Source: a virus
Length of the DNA: 64,000 nt
Reading direction: 5' to 3' (one strand)
Virus record (IMG/VR): IMGVR_UViG_3300023174_004998
Span: 32,551-96,550 of that record
Shown piece by piece: positions 27,258 to 36,508 of the stretch. Positions within the stretch are counted from its first letter, which is position 1; the number at the start of each line of letters is the position of its first letter. Position numbers and translations under genes: made by a program. The notes beneath the pieces are model-generated. The model did no database searches, had not been told where the DNA came from, and saw nothing but the letters and a program-made list of their open reading frames with translations.

Positions 27258-30200
27258 ATCATCACCGGTAATACATCCAAGGCACCAGAGTAGTTGTTTT
27301 CTCTGGCCCACATTGATGCTATCCTGTTGGCATCACCTTGATTGTTGCCCGCTCCACTGAATCTATACAGTTCACGGCCAGCACCATCTACAACTTGCCA
27401 CTGCCCAGAAAATTGATTACCAAATGGTGCACCACTGGATTGAGGGAAGTTTTGTGCAACATCTGGTTCAATGTCTTGCACATGGCGTCGAAGCTCTGCA
27501 GACCAATCACCTATTCCTCCTGCAGGTTGCGGTTCACCTATTCTAGCTTTTAAATCTCGAGAGTCTTGAGCATTGTCTGCGGCTCGCTTGACATCCTGTG
27601 GTTGAATTTCTAAATCGTCAGCATTCTCAAAGTCGTGAAGTACAGCCACTCGGGCTAATAGTTTTTGTGCTTGATCTTGATCAACACGCAGTATACTATC
27701 AATCACACGACCTGTGGGTTTGTAAACAACATCCCAATTGCTTTTTTGTTTGGGTTCTTTGATGCGCTTGGCCATTTGAGCGCGAGCACTTAACTTTTTC
27801 TCTGGCTCAGGAGTGTTGTCGGGTCTGCGATATACCTCGTAATCGTCAGAAAGTCGATCTCCGTATTCGGCCTGGACCTTTTCTTTGGCACGATCAATGT
27901 CACCAGCTCTAACAGTCAGTATGATGTCACCGTAGCTATCCATGACATCAAACCAAGGTTGTTTTAACCGCACATCCAACTGACGTGGGTCGTTGCTGTA
28001 TTTTCTGGTATATTGATCGTATGCAGTATCGTAGTCACGAGCATAAAATGTATCAATGATTCCATCAGGACTATTTTTATTAGCCATGTCGTAGACTTCG
28101 TATTCTTGTTTGCCAGTGGTAGGTATTTCTTTTTGTAGTACAGTATCAGCCCACTGTTTCTTGAGTTGTTCTTTGTCAATGGTACCTGCTGAGTATTCAG
28201 AAAACAGTTTCAGTGCGTCATTCTGCGCACCTGGTGATATTAACTTGTAGAGTTTTTTAGCATACTCTCGGCGCTCAAGATCTGGACGGCTGGCAATGTA
28301 CATGGCACGAGCAAAACGCAACATGGTATCTTTGATATCGTCCCATTCGCCACGACTCTCCATGGAGAGATAATCGCCACCCGGTGATCGGAATTCAATA
28401 TAGCCATCCTGTATGTGCGCCGATGTGTATTTGCTAGTACCCACACCTTGCTGAACATAACGAGCAGCCAACTCAATGAGATTCTTCTGTACTAACTCCA
28501 ATGCGCCCATTGGATCTGTTTTGGCTTCTGTGAGGTCGCCACGATTTCTAGCACCCTGTATGTTTTGTTTGAGTTTGCCCATGGCCGAAGCCGCATAGGT
28601 ATTCGAAGCACGACCAAACTTGTCCAGTATGTACTCGTCACCCATGAACAGCACTAATTTAACATAGTCAACATCTCCGCCCACATAGGGTATAGATATG
28701 CCCATGTGCAGGCCTGTGCTGGAGTTGGTGTAGGCATCAGCTTCGTTTTGTGCCCACTCTATTACGTCTTTGAGCTTGTCAATGGTTTCCAACAATGGCA
28801 TAGGTGGACTAACAATTTCCAGCCCCATGTCGTCGCCGTCATCAGGATCTAAACTACCGTCGGGTTCAATGATCCAGCGACCTTCTTTGCGTGTGGTTGA
28901 GTGATAGTTTCCGCTGACTTTGACTTCCATGCCCACCGCTTGTTGAAGACTATCGCCAATTTCACTCCAGTCACGGTCTCCACCTCCGGATCCACCTCCG
29001 GTCCAGTAAGGCCAGTCAAGAGTATTTGAGTTGGCAATATCGCTCATGTAACCATAGCGATCGCGCAAGAAATCACGCTCATCGTAGTCACCTGAGTCTC
29101 GCATCATTTCAAAATAGTATTCGCGAGCATTGTCATAGTATTCGCCTTGGCTCTCTACTTCACTAATGACTTCAGTTTCAAAATCTTCATGTGCGGCATC
29201 TGAGGCTTCTTGATACTTTTGATACAATTCGTTTTGTTTGGCATAAGCTGTTTGATCACTGCTTCTTGTAAATCTTGGTGCATCCTCGCCAGCTTGTAAT
29301 ATTGCTTGTGAATCATCGTCGGGAAACAGTTCATCTATTTTGTCAGCAATGCGTTTTTCACGTTCTTCGTCATCACTCCAGACATTGGTTTCCATGTAGT
29401 CTCGGACTTGATCTTCAGCGTTTTCGCTCCAAGACTCTGCAATTTGTTCATCTGCCCATTCAACAAATTCTTCAAAAAGTGTGTCGCGCAGATCTCGAGC
29501 ACCGCGACCACTTAGACCATAACCCCAGTCATCGTTGGAAAAGAAGTCTATGACATGATCAATATCGTCTGCACGTTCATCATAGTCATAGTCCGGCTCC
29601 ATATCACCTTCGTCATCGTCACGCTTGGTATCACGGAAGATCAATTCAGCTTCAAAGCCAGCACGTATGCCTTGTGCTTCAGGACTACGAGCCCAGGCTT
29701 CCAAGGTGCCGGTGTTCATCCTTACTTCGTTTATGGGTTCAAATTCGCCAGACTCTTTGAATTCTTTCAGGGCATTGGCCAAGTTCTTCATCAACAAGTC
29801 AGGACGACCTTGACTGTCTGTTTGCAAGCCTAATTTATTGGCTTCCTTGCCCAACTGTCCAGGTTTGATGTCCACTGTGAGTGCTGTTTTAAATCTTGGA
29901 TCTCGGGCCTGTTTCTTTGTGGGAATATAACCTGATGCATTTTCACGCACAGGTGCAGGACCTTGTATCACAACCACAGCACGGAACTGACCACCTAGGT
30001 CATCGGCTTCATGTTCTACAGGGCGCCATTCGCCTATGGAAATAGGACCATATCTTCGGTTAGCGTCTGCGTAAGCGGCGTTGAGTGCGGCTTGATAAGC
30101 GTCTTCACGTGTACGTCCAATGCCGTTGGCTGCCACACGTTCACCTTGTGCTTGTGGTCCACCCCAGATGCGTTTTCCACCCACACGTATTTCTTGATTG

Positions 30201-32650
30201 CCACGTGCTAGATCTCTTGCTATGCCTTTTAATTCTTCTTCGGCTCCTGCCTTGGTAAAGGTCTTGGGAGCATTGTATATCACACGCCCTAGATCATACG
30301 CAGGGCTCTGTGCTTTGGCAGCAGGCGATCCCAGGGCCATGGCTCCAGCCACAGCGGCAGTGCCCAGAGCTTTGCCTAGGCCTTCGTCTAGATCATCCAA
30401 TCTCCGTTGCCATTCTATTTCTTCTGGTGTACGAGGATCTTTCCAGTCGGGATTTTTTGTCAAATCCTGTAGTTCATAGGTATTAGCGCCCATTGGAACC
30501 AAGCCCAGGTACTGATGACTGTTGGGGGCCAAAAACGTTTGATCACTGCGCCAGCCACCTTGTTCCATGCCTTTGGCAGTTTTATACCAGGGTCGCCAAC
30601 TATACTTAAACCTGACCAGGTTGCGTCCATCAATAATCTGTTGAGAAACAACCTGTCTGAGCACTGCCTGTGTGCGGTATTGAGTATTTTGCTCTCTATC
30701 AGCCCAGGGATACCATACAATCTTGGCCTTTTTCTTCAACAAGGCACGTATCTGATCCCCCAAGGGATTGTGCAAGTCTGCTTCAGTGCGTTTTCTGGGA
30801 TGCCAGCTATCATCGTCGTCTTCGTCCTCCCAACGATCGCCATCATTTTTTGGTGGCTTGATCGGAGGTGATATTGATCCACCGCCTGGAGCAAATTCGG
30901 ACAAGTTCTGTTGACGATACATCTGATACATTTTTACATAGTCTTGTTCTTGTCGAGTCAACGGACGACCTAATTTGACCTTAGCAATTATGAATCGATA
31001 GTATTGTTCAGCATCGCGATCTTTACTGACAGGAGTGGCAATAGTCTCACCCACGTTGTAGGTAGGATCAGTCTTTTGTCGTGGCATACCTGCGGGCTGG
31101 TTGGGATCCACAGGGTCAATGTCTGTAGTATCAAGTCCTAATCTTTTTAAATGGTCGATATACTTGTGTTCGGTATTTTCATCACCAAAACTTACAATGG
31201 TACTAGGTGGCCCTTTACCAAACTCGCTGGGGTCAACTTGATCTAGATTGGCAATGTGTTTGCCAAGTTTATACCAGTCGTACACATCTGAAACATCCAC
31301 ACGCACTGTGCCTCGGGGCATGGTGGGTTTGAATTCTGGGCCAGGCGGAGTCTGATCACCATATTGTGCGGCCACGCTGTCACCATCTTCGCTCACAGTG
31401 CTGGCAAAGAACTCAGGATATTTGTTTTGAAAATGGCGCATGATAATACCTGCTTCGGTATTGGCTTCATTTTCGTAGGGGCTTCCTGTGCGACCTGCTG
31501 TGTCAGGCATTGATTTGCCCAGGCGTTCGTGCTGACGATAGTGCGTCAACTCATGTGCCAAGGTACGCAGTATGTCCATGACATGACGATCTTTGGTTTC
31601 CACTTCCACAGTTTTGTGATCATCTACATAGTGACCCATGGAGTGGATGTCGTGGCTGAGTTCACCTTTGCGTAACTTGATTTTGGGAAGTTGTTTTAAT
31701 TTCAAATACTTGGCAGCAAAGTGTACAAAACGACGTACCACCTTGTCCAATGGAATCGCTTTCTTTTCAACATTTACTGTGGATTCTTTTACTGACTCAC
31801 CGCCACCACCATCACCACCGCCATCACCACCGCCATCTGTGGCAGCATCGGTTTGTCCATAATAATGATAGCCTGGATAATAGTATCCGCCGAAGGCGCC
31901 GTACTTAAATGTTTTCTTCTTCTTCTTTTTCTTTCGGCGCTCATCAAGACTGAGTTTGGTATCTTCGAGAGCAGCCTTGTGATCAAATATCTTTTGTATC
32001 AAGCCCTGTTTACGCAGTATTTTATAAGCAAGATTTTCTGGACCAAATTCACCATGCTTGTCTAAGCCTGCTTGACGATATTTCTTCAAGGTATCTGTGA
32101 TGTGTGTGACTCGATCTAGGTCATTGGTGGATAATGCAAGCTCAATCAGTTTCTTTAATTTTTCGTATTTTTGTTGTGTGGATTTCTCGTCGAGATTGCC
32201 CCGGCGCTGAACAGGAATACGATTCCAGTCATTGTCAATGATGCTATACTCGCCCAGGCTACGCACAGGTTTGTTCGAGTCTTGAACATAGAGCTCAACG
32301 TCATAGCCTCTGATTTTTATATCGTGTTGATCGTTGTATTGATATTTTTTAGCATTAAAAAGCTCTTGATAAACATCGTCAGGATTGAGCCGGCTGAAAT
32401 CAACTAATAAGTGTAGGTCAATGTCGGAATGAGGAGTATAAGAGAAAGCGGCGTTGGAGCCACTCACAGTGATATCTTCTATGGCCAGATCATCGATGCC
32501 CATAAAGGTCTTAAAATCATCAGCGATTTTAAGCAGGGCATCGCGCACTTCGGGGCGCATGGTCTTGCCGTCCCAAAGTGCTGGATTAAGCTCAGTGTGA
32601 AACTTTACCGCGTCTGACAGGCGGTAGCTGTCTAATTCGTAGATGTCCAT
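27254..32650 (-). CDS. 1798-aa polyvalent protein: Pol-beta nucleotidyltransferase, zincin-like HExxH, several small modules, amidoligase (COOH-NH2 ligase) domain
   Basis: SGSNAAFSYTPHSDIDLH/VELY; TLAHELTH...ENEAN; GFEAE...EPDGSL...LEIVSPP...NSSTGLH...KY...IEFR. Confidence 0.85.
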   Translation of the reverse strand: MDIYELDSYRLSDAVKFHTELNPALWDGKTMRPEVRDALLKIADDFKTFMGIDDLAIEDITVSGSNAAFSYTPHSDIDLHLLVDFSRLNPDDVYQELFNAKKYQYNDQHDIKIRGYDVELYVQDSNKPVRSLGEYSIIDNDWNRIPVQRRGNLDEKSTQQKYEKLKKLIELALSTNDLDRVTHITDTLKKYRQAGLDKHGEFGPENLAYKILRKQGLIQKIFDHKAALEDTKLSLDERRKKKKKKKTFKYGAFGGYYYPGYHYYGQTDAATDGGGDGGGDGGGGESVKESTVNVEKKAIPLDKVVRRFVHFAAKYLKLKQLPKIKLRKGELSHDIHSMGHYVDDHKTVEVETKDRHVMDILRTLAHELTHYRQHERLGKSMPDTAGRTGSPYENEANTEAGIIMRHFQNKYPEFFASTVSEDGDSVAAQYGDQTPPGPEFKPTMPRGTVRVDVSDVYDWYKLGKHIANLDQVDPSEFGKGPPSTIVSFGDENTEHKYIDHLKRLGLDTTDIDPVDPNQPAGMPRQKTDPTYNVGETIATPVSKDRDAEQYYRFIIAKVKLGRPLTRQEQDYVKMYQMYRQQNLSEFAPGGGSISPPIKPPKNDGDRWEDEDDDDSWHPRKRTEADLHNPLGDQIRALLKKKAKIVWYPWADREQNTQYRTQAVLRQVVSQQIIDGRNLVRFKYSWRPWYKTAKGMEQGGWRSDQTFLAPNSHQYLGLVPMGANTYELQDLTKNPDWKDPRTPEEIEWQRRLDDLDEGLGKALGTAAVAGAMALGSPAAKAQSPAYDLGRVIYNAPKTFTKAGAEEELKGIARDLARGNQEIRVGGKRIWGGPQAQGERVAANGIGRTREDAYQAALNAAYADANRRYGPISIGEWRPVEHEADDLGGQFRAVVVIQGPAPVRENASGYIPTKKQARDPRFKTALTVDIKPGQLGKEANKLGLQTDSQGRPDLLMKNLANALKEFKESGEFEPINEVRMNTGTLEAWARSPEAQGIRAGFEAELIFRDTKRDDDEGDMEPDYDYDERADDIDHVIDFFSNDDWGYGLSGRGARDLRDTLFEEFVEWADEQIAESWSENAEDQVRDYMETNVWSDDEEREKRIADKIDELFPDDDSQAILQAGEDAPRFTRSSDQTAYAKQNELYQKYQEASDAAHEDFETEVISEVESQGEYYDNAREYYFEMMRDSGDYDERDFLRDRYGYMSDIANSNTLDWPYWTGGGSGGGDRDWSEIGDSLQQAVGMEVKVSGNYHSTTRKEGRWIIEPDGSLDPDDGDDMGLEIVSPPMPLLETIDKLKDVIEWAQNEADAYTNSSTGLHMGISIPYVGGDVDYVKLVLFMGDEYILDKFGRASNTYAASAMGKLKQNIQGARNRGDLTEAKTDPMGALELVQKNLIELAARYVQQGVGTSKYTSAHIQDGYIEFRSPGGDYLSMESRGEWDDIKDTMLRFARAMYIASRPDLERREYAKKLYKLISPGAQNDALKLFSEYSAGTIDKEQLKKQWADTVLQKEIPTTGKQEYEVYDMANKNSPDGIIDTFYARDYDTAYDQYTRKYSNDPRQLDVRLKQPWFDVMDSYGDIILTVRAGDIDRAKEKVQAEYGDRLSDDYEVYRRPDNTPEPEKKLSARAQMAKRIKEPKQKSNWDVVYKPTGRVIDSILRVDQDQAQKLLARVAVLHDFENADDLEIQPQDVKRAADNAQDSRDLKARIGEPQPAGGIGDWSAELRRHVQDIEPDVAQNFPQSSGAPFGNQFSGQWQVVDGAGRELYRFSGAGNNQGDANRIASMWARENNYSGALDVLPVMI

Positions 32651-32661
32651 CGTACATCTAT

Positions 32662-33624
32662 TTATTTAGATTTAGCTTTGGCCTTTTTTGTTGAAGGGTT
32701 GGTTTTTGCCACTACTTTGGCAGCAGGTTGTGGTGCCGGAACCTTGACAGTTTCATAGTTTGAAAAATCACTGGTCATGGGCTGATTGGCCTGCTGTGCT
32801 TGTTGTGCTTGCTGTTGTGCGGCCACTACCATTTGTCCTGCATCATGTTCCTTTTTCAAGGCTTCATACAGGGCTGGTTGTGTGGCATAATCAAACACAT
32901 AGGTTCCTGTGTGTTTCAGCAACACACGCTTGTCTACCCAAACTTCGCCACCAAAGTCACGCCAGTTTTCACAGAAAGTCCAGTCTTCTGAATAGTAACG
33001 GTTCTCACGAACTGCTGTGTCAAAGTAGGTCTTCATGTGTGGATCAAGTTCTTTGGGCAAGCCAATGTCATTGGCAAATGTTTTGACTGCAGGATGACGA
33101 TTTAGTTTTTCAAACACATGGCGCTTGATCAACATAAAGCCTGTGCCTGTTTTTGATACTTCTTGTAGCGGACCGTCTTCTTTGGCACCTTCAAAACCAT
33201 TTACTACCCACTTAACGGGCATGGTCTTCATTGGGTATAAACCACCAATGACGTCTTTGTCAGCATTGAGCATGACCAACAAGTGCCATGGCTCCCAGCC
33301 AATGTCAGCATCAATGAACATCAAGTGGGTGGATGTTGGTGTGTTGAGGAATTTGGCAACTAGAGTATTTCTAGCACGTGAAATCAATGACTCATTGGTC
33401 ATGGTTTCTATAGTCCAATCCAAGCCCAATTGACGGCAAGTGTTTGACCATTTGATATAGCTCATGAATGTGCTTTCTGTGAGCATGCCTCCATAGCAGG
33501 GCATACAAATATGCACACGCTGTTGGCGCAAATAATCAATGTTTACTTGAATCTGTTGTTGGCCAGGCTGAGCCTGTTCTTGTGGAGCCTGTTCAGGCTG
33601 TTGTGGGTTTTGTTGTTCGGACAT
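32662..33624 (-). CDS. GT-A fold glycosyltransferase
   Basis: CMPCYGG, ESLISRARN, HLMFIDADI (DxD), GTGFMLIKR, SEDWTFC. Confidence 0.85.
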   Translation of the reverse strand: MSEQQNPQQPEQAPQEQAQPGQQQIQVNIDYLRQQRVHICMPCYGGMLTESTFMSYIKWSNTCRQLGLDWTIETMTNESLISRARNTLVAKFLNTPTSTHLMFIDADIGWEPWHLLVMLNADKDVIGGLYPMKTMPVKWVVNGFEGAKEDGPLQEVSKTGTGFMLIKRHVFEKLNRHPAVKTFANDIGLPKELDPHMKTYFDTAVRENRYYSEDWTFCENWRDFGGEVWVDKRVLLKHTGTYVFDYATQPALYEALKKEHDAGQMVVAAQQQAQQAQQANQPMTSDFSNYETVKVPAPQPAAKVVAKTNPSTKKAKAKSK

Positions 33625-33675
33625 GTTTTCCTCTGAAATAATGTGCGTATATTTAGTTTACTATTATACGACAAA

Positions 33676-34857
33676 TTATTTCATTGGGTCAATGATAGTG
33701 TTCCAATTTGTGACATTATGGATAAGCCGCATACCGCCGTTGTCCATACGCAAGCGATAGCCCAGGCGTTGCAGTTCTTGACGCAATGGTGCCAATCTAG
33801 GACCTGGATTCTGCACAGTTTCATCCTTGGCTATGTCAATGATTTTGGTGGCCAATTGATGTGCTTGATCTACATCGGGTGGAGCTGAACGGTCTGCAGG
33901 GAATTGTACCACATCACCTTCTTCAATGTAGTCGGGATTTTCATCCAGGGCAACCTTGCTCATGTCAACTTCTTTGCCACGTGCCAAGGGTCTACGACCT
34001 TGTTTTTGCATGAAACGCTCGTATTCTGCCAGGGCGTCTACCAAACTCTTGACCACACCACCCTGGTACAGCACATACTGTAGACCCGAGTAGTTTTTGC
34101 CTTTGACCATGTTGACCATTTCAGCAAATTTACGAGCAAGGTTATTGACCATGCTGGATTCGTCCCAGGTGCCCATGCCACCATCGGGTATGATCTGATG
34201 TCCTGCATCGGGATCATTGACCAACACAGCTTCGTCTACAGCCTTTTCTGGCACAGCACCCATGACAGTATCTAGTATTTCTACTACTTTTGCTACCTTG
34301 ACGTCATTGTCTGCGGCCAGTGGGTACAGCACACGCACCAAATTGGCTTTTTGTTCTGCTGTCATGCCAGGCCATTTTGCACGTATTTCTGTAGCTGATG
34401 TCATGCCTGCACCAAATTGCACAGTGGGCAAGTAGGTCATGTAAGCATGATTTTTCATGGGCTCAAGGCCCGTGCGCTTGTAGGGTTGCAGATAAGGACT
34501 CAGTCCTTTGCGAGGACCACGTGTGATAATCTGTCCAGGTTGTCCAGGCTGTGGATTTTGATCGCGATCTTTTTCACTGCGAACAAAGATCAACTGTGTT
34601 TCTGCAGGGTCAAAATGCTGAGTAATTTCTTCAGCACTGAAAGGTGATCGTACTTGAATAAATCTATTGCCTGGAATACCTGCTTGTTGTGCCAGGAATT
34701 TTTTTGTTTTAAAAGGAAATGGGCGACCGGTGGTGTCGTCTGTGGCCGCTACATAGACTTCTGCTGAAGGAAATGCTTCACGTGCGGCATCATACAAGGC
34801 TTTGTGTCCTGCATGATAAGGGTGGAATCCACCAGGAATGATCACTAATTTTTTCAT
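33676..34857 (-). CDS. HxGH cytidylyltransferase-like (HUP) protein with C-terminal modules
   Basis: PGGFHPYHAGH, RPFPF, TSATEIR; VDE/LDE/IEE junctions after the catalytic domain. Confidence 0.8.
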   Translation of the reverse strand: MKKLVIIPGGFHPYHAGHKALYDAAREAFPSAEVYVAATDDTTGRPFPFKTKKFLAQQAGIPGNRFIQVRSPFSAEEITQHFDPAETQLIFVRSEKDRDQNPQPGQPGQIITRGPRKGLSPYLQPYKRTGLEPMKNHAYMTYLPTVQFGAGMTSATEIRAKWPGMTAEQKANLVRVLYPLAADNDVKVAKVVEILDTVMGAVPEKAVDEAVLVNDPDAGHQIIPDGGMGTWDESSMVNNLARKFAEMVNMVKGKNYSGLQYVLYQGGVVKSLVDALAEYERFMQKQGRRPLARGKEVDMSKVALDENPDYIEEGDVVQFPADRSAPPDVDQAHQLATKIIDIAKDETVQNPGPRLAPLRQELQRLGYRLRMDNGGMRLIHNVTNWNTIIDPMK

Positions 34858-34873
34858 ACCAGTATTTATGGAT

Positions 34874-35320
34874 TTACATGTTCTCTAACAGCCAGAGGTA
34901 AACTGGTGTAGAAAATTTCAATTGGGCATGACCGTTGCACCCAAAATTCCCATAAAAAGGATGCACAGCTATGGTTTCAATACCGTTGGTGCTGTGTACA
35001 TATTCTGCCTTTTCATACAGCAATTGATCAATCTTTATATCATCCAAACATATATTAGAAATATTGATCAATGCATCAGATATGATTGATCCATCTTCAT
35101 TGATTTTGGTGTGCTCGTTGGATTTGTTTTTGTTTTTATTTTTAAATTTTATTTTAAAGGAGTGATTTCCATCTTCAACTTCAAATTCATGTTCAACATG
35201 ATGGGTACCCGGTGCAATTAAACTATCAAAGAATTTTGCTTTGTCAATCCATAATTCTATGCCCAGATTATGAAATTCAGAGGGATTGACAATATCTAAA
35301 CTTAATTTAATTTTTTCCAT
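34874..35320 (-). CDS. hypothetical protein (AT-rich)
   Basis: ORF ending PVYLWLLENM. Confidence 0.65.
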   Translation of the reverse strand: MEKIKLSLDIVNPSEFHNLGIELWIDKAKFFDSLIAPGTHHVEHEFEVEDGNHSFKIKFKNKNKNKSNEHTKINEDGSIISDALINISNICLDDIKIDQLLYEKAEYVHSTNGIETIAVHPFYGNFGCNGHAQLKFSTPVYLWLLENM

Positions 35321-35677
35321 TTAATAGGTAAGTGTGACTGAATTGATAGTGCCGCTGGTAAATTCTCGCACTCGGATGCGCATCCAAGTAAAGTTGCCTT
35401 TGACTGACAAGCTAAGGTTGTATGTGCCTGGGCCCACGCCCTGTATTGCAAACCAGGCATCATCGTTGCCGGGATCGGCATCTAGAGTGGCCTGTATATC
35501 CATCACACCAACAAAACCGTTGGTGTTAAACATCAAGCTCTGGACACCTGCGGGCTGGCGATAGTAGCCCACGGCTTTTTGTCGCTCTCCAGCCCAGTCC
35601 TCGGAGCTGCCATCATAATTGCCAGATGGGGTTCCGTGTACTGTTGTGGGTATCAGTACTAAATCTTGAGTTTTCAT
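35321..35677 (-). CDS. hypothetical beta-rich protein (possibly virion)
   Basis: ORF, coupled starts/stops. Confidence 0.65.
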   Translation of the reverse strand: MKTQDLVLIPTTVHGTPSGNYDGSSEDWAGERQKAVGYYRQPAGVQSLMFNTNGFVGVMDIQATLDADPGNDDAWFAIQGVGPGTYNLSLSVKGNFTWMRIRVREFTSGTINSVTLTY

Positions 35678-35838
35678 TCTGTTGCAATCTCAACCAGCAC
35701 CGCTTGCCCAGCCAATTCTTGGATTACTGCTTCCAAGCTGGTCACTGTTTCTGGACTCATAATGGGTGCGGCTTGTTCTGAGTCTTTGAGCAATTTGCTG
35801 ACTTTGACTACAATGATTTCTTCGTGTAATTTTGCCAT
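35674..35838 (-). CDS. small hypothetical protein (54 aa, MAKLHEEIIVVKVSKL...)
   Basis: Hand translation; TAAATA upstream; ATGA overlap downstream. Confidence 0.65.
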   Translation of the reverse strand: MAKLHEEIIVVKVSKLLKDSEQAAPIMSPETVTSLEAVIQELAGQAVLVEIATE

Positions 35839-35844
35839 AGTGTA

Positions 35845-36507
35845 TTATTTATCGCGTAGGAGTTTTAGGGTTTTTCTTATGGCCCTGGGCAAAATAAGCC
35901 CCAGCATCATGATAATGCCCCGTCCGTTGTGATCAATAAATGCGTTGTCATTGATATAATGATGTTTTTGACTGCCAGACAGGAATCTTTTTAACCCAGG
36001 ACCAATGCGTATGTCTGTTTGATTGGCTAAAAAATTACGCAGAGATTCTTTTTGTTCCGCTGTCATGCGCCCTGCAAAGAAATAACTACGCCATTCGTGT
36101 TCGCTGGATTTTATTAAAATACTGTCTCTGGGTATGTCCAGCTTGACTTGTTTCATGCTGGCAGGTGTTAGATATTCTAACTGTTCCATTTCTCTCAACA
36201 TGGTCAAATCACTGCTGTACACATAGCCCCAGTCATTGTAAATTACCAATTTGTAGTCCTGTTTGGCCAACAAGTAATCACACAGAGTATGACAGTTGGT
36301 GCGATTCTCTGCGGTAATCTCACCACGGTTCCCACGCCAACTTCCTCCAAAGTTTGGATTCCTAGACCGCCAGTTTGATCTGTAATCTAACTCGCGATCA
36401 ATATAAGCATGGTCAAGTTCACGCAGAGCACTCATTTCTTCAAGTTTGAAATTGAAGCAGTACTCATACTGGTCAAAGAACAGTCGATCTTTGCTGACAG
36501 TTTTCAT
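35845..36507 (-). CDS. hypothetical protein
   Basis: ORF following clpA. Confidence 0.65.
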   Translation of the reverse strand: MKTVSKDRLFFDQYEYCFNFKLEEMSALRELDHAYIDRELDYRSNWRSRNPNFGGSWRGNRGEITAENRTNCHTLCDYLLAKQDYKLVIYNDWGYVYSSDLTMLREMEQLEYLTPASMKQVKLDIPRDSILIKSSEHEWRSYFFAGRMTAEQKESLRNFLANQTDIRIGPGLKRFLSGSQKHHYINDNAFIDHNGRGIIMMLGLILPRAIRKTLKLLRDK

Positions 36508-36508
36508 A

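Noticed and set aside
31800-31930. CCACCA/TTC low-complexity repeats as a DNA element
   Set aside because: Explained by GGGD and poly-Lys coding in a protein linker
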